A stretch of 64,000 bases of DNA. Source: Mobula birostris (lineage: Eukaryota). Of this stretch, positions 63,035-64,000 are shown one piece after another. The notes below the pieces were generated by a model. It saw only the letters and a list, made by a program, of their open reading frames with translations. It was not told where the DNA came from and did no database searches. The DNA lies in the NCBI RefSeq assembly GCF_030028105.1, contig NC_092374.1, positions 195,171,345-195,235,344 of the forward strand. Direction: 5' to 3'. Each line of letters starts with the position of its first letter. Position 1 is the stretch's first letter. The translations under genes were made by a program, and so were the position numbers.

Positions 63035-64000
63035 GGAGATGTCAGGGGTAAGTTTTTTACGCAGAGAATGGTGAGTGCGTGGAATGGGCTGCCGGCAACG
63101 ATGGTGGAGGTGGATATGATAGGGTCTTTTAAGTGACTTTTAGATAGGTACATGGAGCTTAGTAAAATAGAGGGTTATAGGTAAGCCTAGTAATTTCTAA
63201 GGTAGGGGCATGTTGGGCACAACTCTGTGGGCCGAAGGGCCTGTATTGTGCTGTAGGTTTTCTACGTTTCTATGTTTTCATGTTTCTATGTTTCTATGTT
63301 TCTATGTTGTCGGGACTGGAGGACCTGAATTATAAGGAAAGATTGAGTCAGTAAGGACTTCATTCCTTTCAACGTAAAAGTGAGAGGAGATTTGGTAGAG
63401 GTGTACAAAATTATGAAGGATAGGGAAAATGCAAGCAGGCTTTTTCCACTGAATTTGAGTGGGACTACAACTAGAGATCGTGGGTTAAGCGTGAAACGTG
63501 AAACGTTTAAGGGGAAAGTAAGGGAACACTTCTTCACTCAGGGTCTCGTAAGAGTGCTGAACGAGCCACTAGCGCAAGTAATGCATGTGAGCTCTATTTC
63601 AACAATTTATTGCACTAACCGATTTAATCTTTTAACAAATTTTTTTCAATGTCTGGTTCTACAATCTGAGGCCCGTTTACCTCCTGAGAACTCCGCTGCG
63701 CTGAGGCTTTGCGTACAATAGGTCTACGATACCAAGACATGGAATTAGCAAGGTTGGGTCAGTATAGTAACCGAGTTCAAGTGTGATGCCAACGCTTACA
63801 AACTACTAATCATGAGGACGATGGGTAACCCTAGGTAATTTCTAAAGTAAGTACATGTTCGGCACAGGATTGTGGGCCGAAGGGCCTGCATTGTGCTGTA
63901 GGTTTTCTATGTTCTATGTTACTATGTTTCTGTGAAAAGAGATTAGCTGGTATGTGCTTTGGTAAAAATCTTCGCTGAGATGTGGAAAAGGAAGGGATAA

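Larger units (their letters stand above)
32733..64000 (+). repeat. Segmental duplication, unit B (runs off the window end; longer mainly because of extra TE sequence)
   Basis: Matches unit A throughout, apart from the Nimb/I LINE, the extra CR1/Penelope block and the Rex/Babar insertion. Confidence 0.95.

Noticed and set aside
62104-63153. 349-aa ORF as an intact gene
   Set aside because: It is a chance fusion of antisense CR1 sequence with a truncated Rex/Babar RT fragment.

Overview
Repeat-rich vertebrate genomic DNA. The repeat complement (CR1 LINEs with SGNH-esterase ORF1, V-SINE-like SINEs, Penelope-like elements, Rex/Babar and Nimb/I-clade LINEs) suggests a cartilaginous fish (inference). 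The only host genes found are two tandem minus-strand paralogues of an NCR3/NKp30-like receptor with a single VJ-type Ig domain, inside a segmental duplication (7162-28412 vs 32733-64000+; offset 25,571 bp at the V exon). Copy B is complete: leader 35694-35736, V 32861-33202 and stalk/TM/short-tail exon 32253-32413 give a 181-aa type I protein with a TM lysine and no cytoplasmic tyrosine, i.e. an activating-type receptor. Copy A has intact leader and V exons but no TM exon in the 7 kb of CR1 debris downstream. Both copies have an intronic read-through stop overlapping AATAAA, so a soluble form is possible. By manual count the V exons differ at about 5% of sites (mostly amino-acid changing) versus about 1% in the adjacent intron. 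After duplication copy B gained a full-length Nimb/I-type LINE (12-bp TSD) and a truncated Rex/Babar LINE, while the large CR1 in copy A appears to be a recombinant of two CR1s. Minimal hammerhead-ribozyme motifs occur in Penelope-derived fragments. A 173-bp N gap lies in copy A. All divergence figures are by-eye counts.
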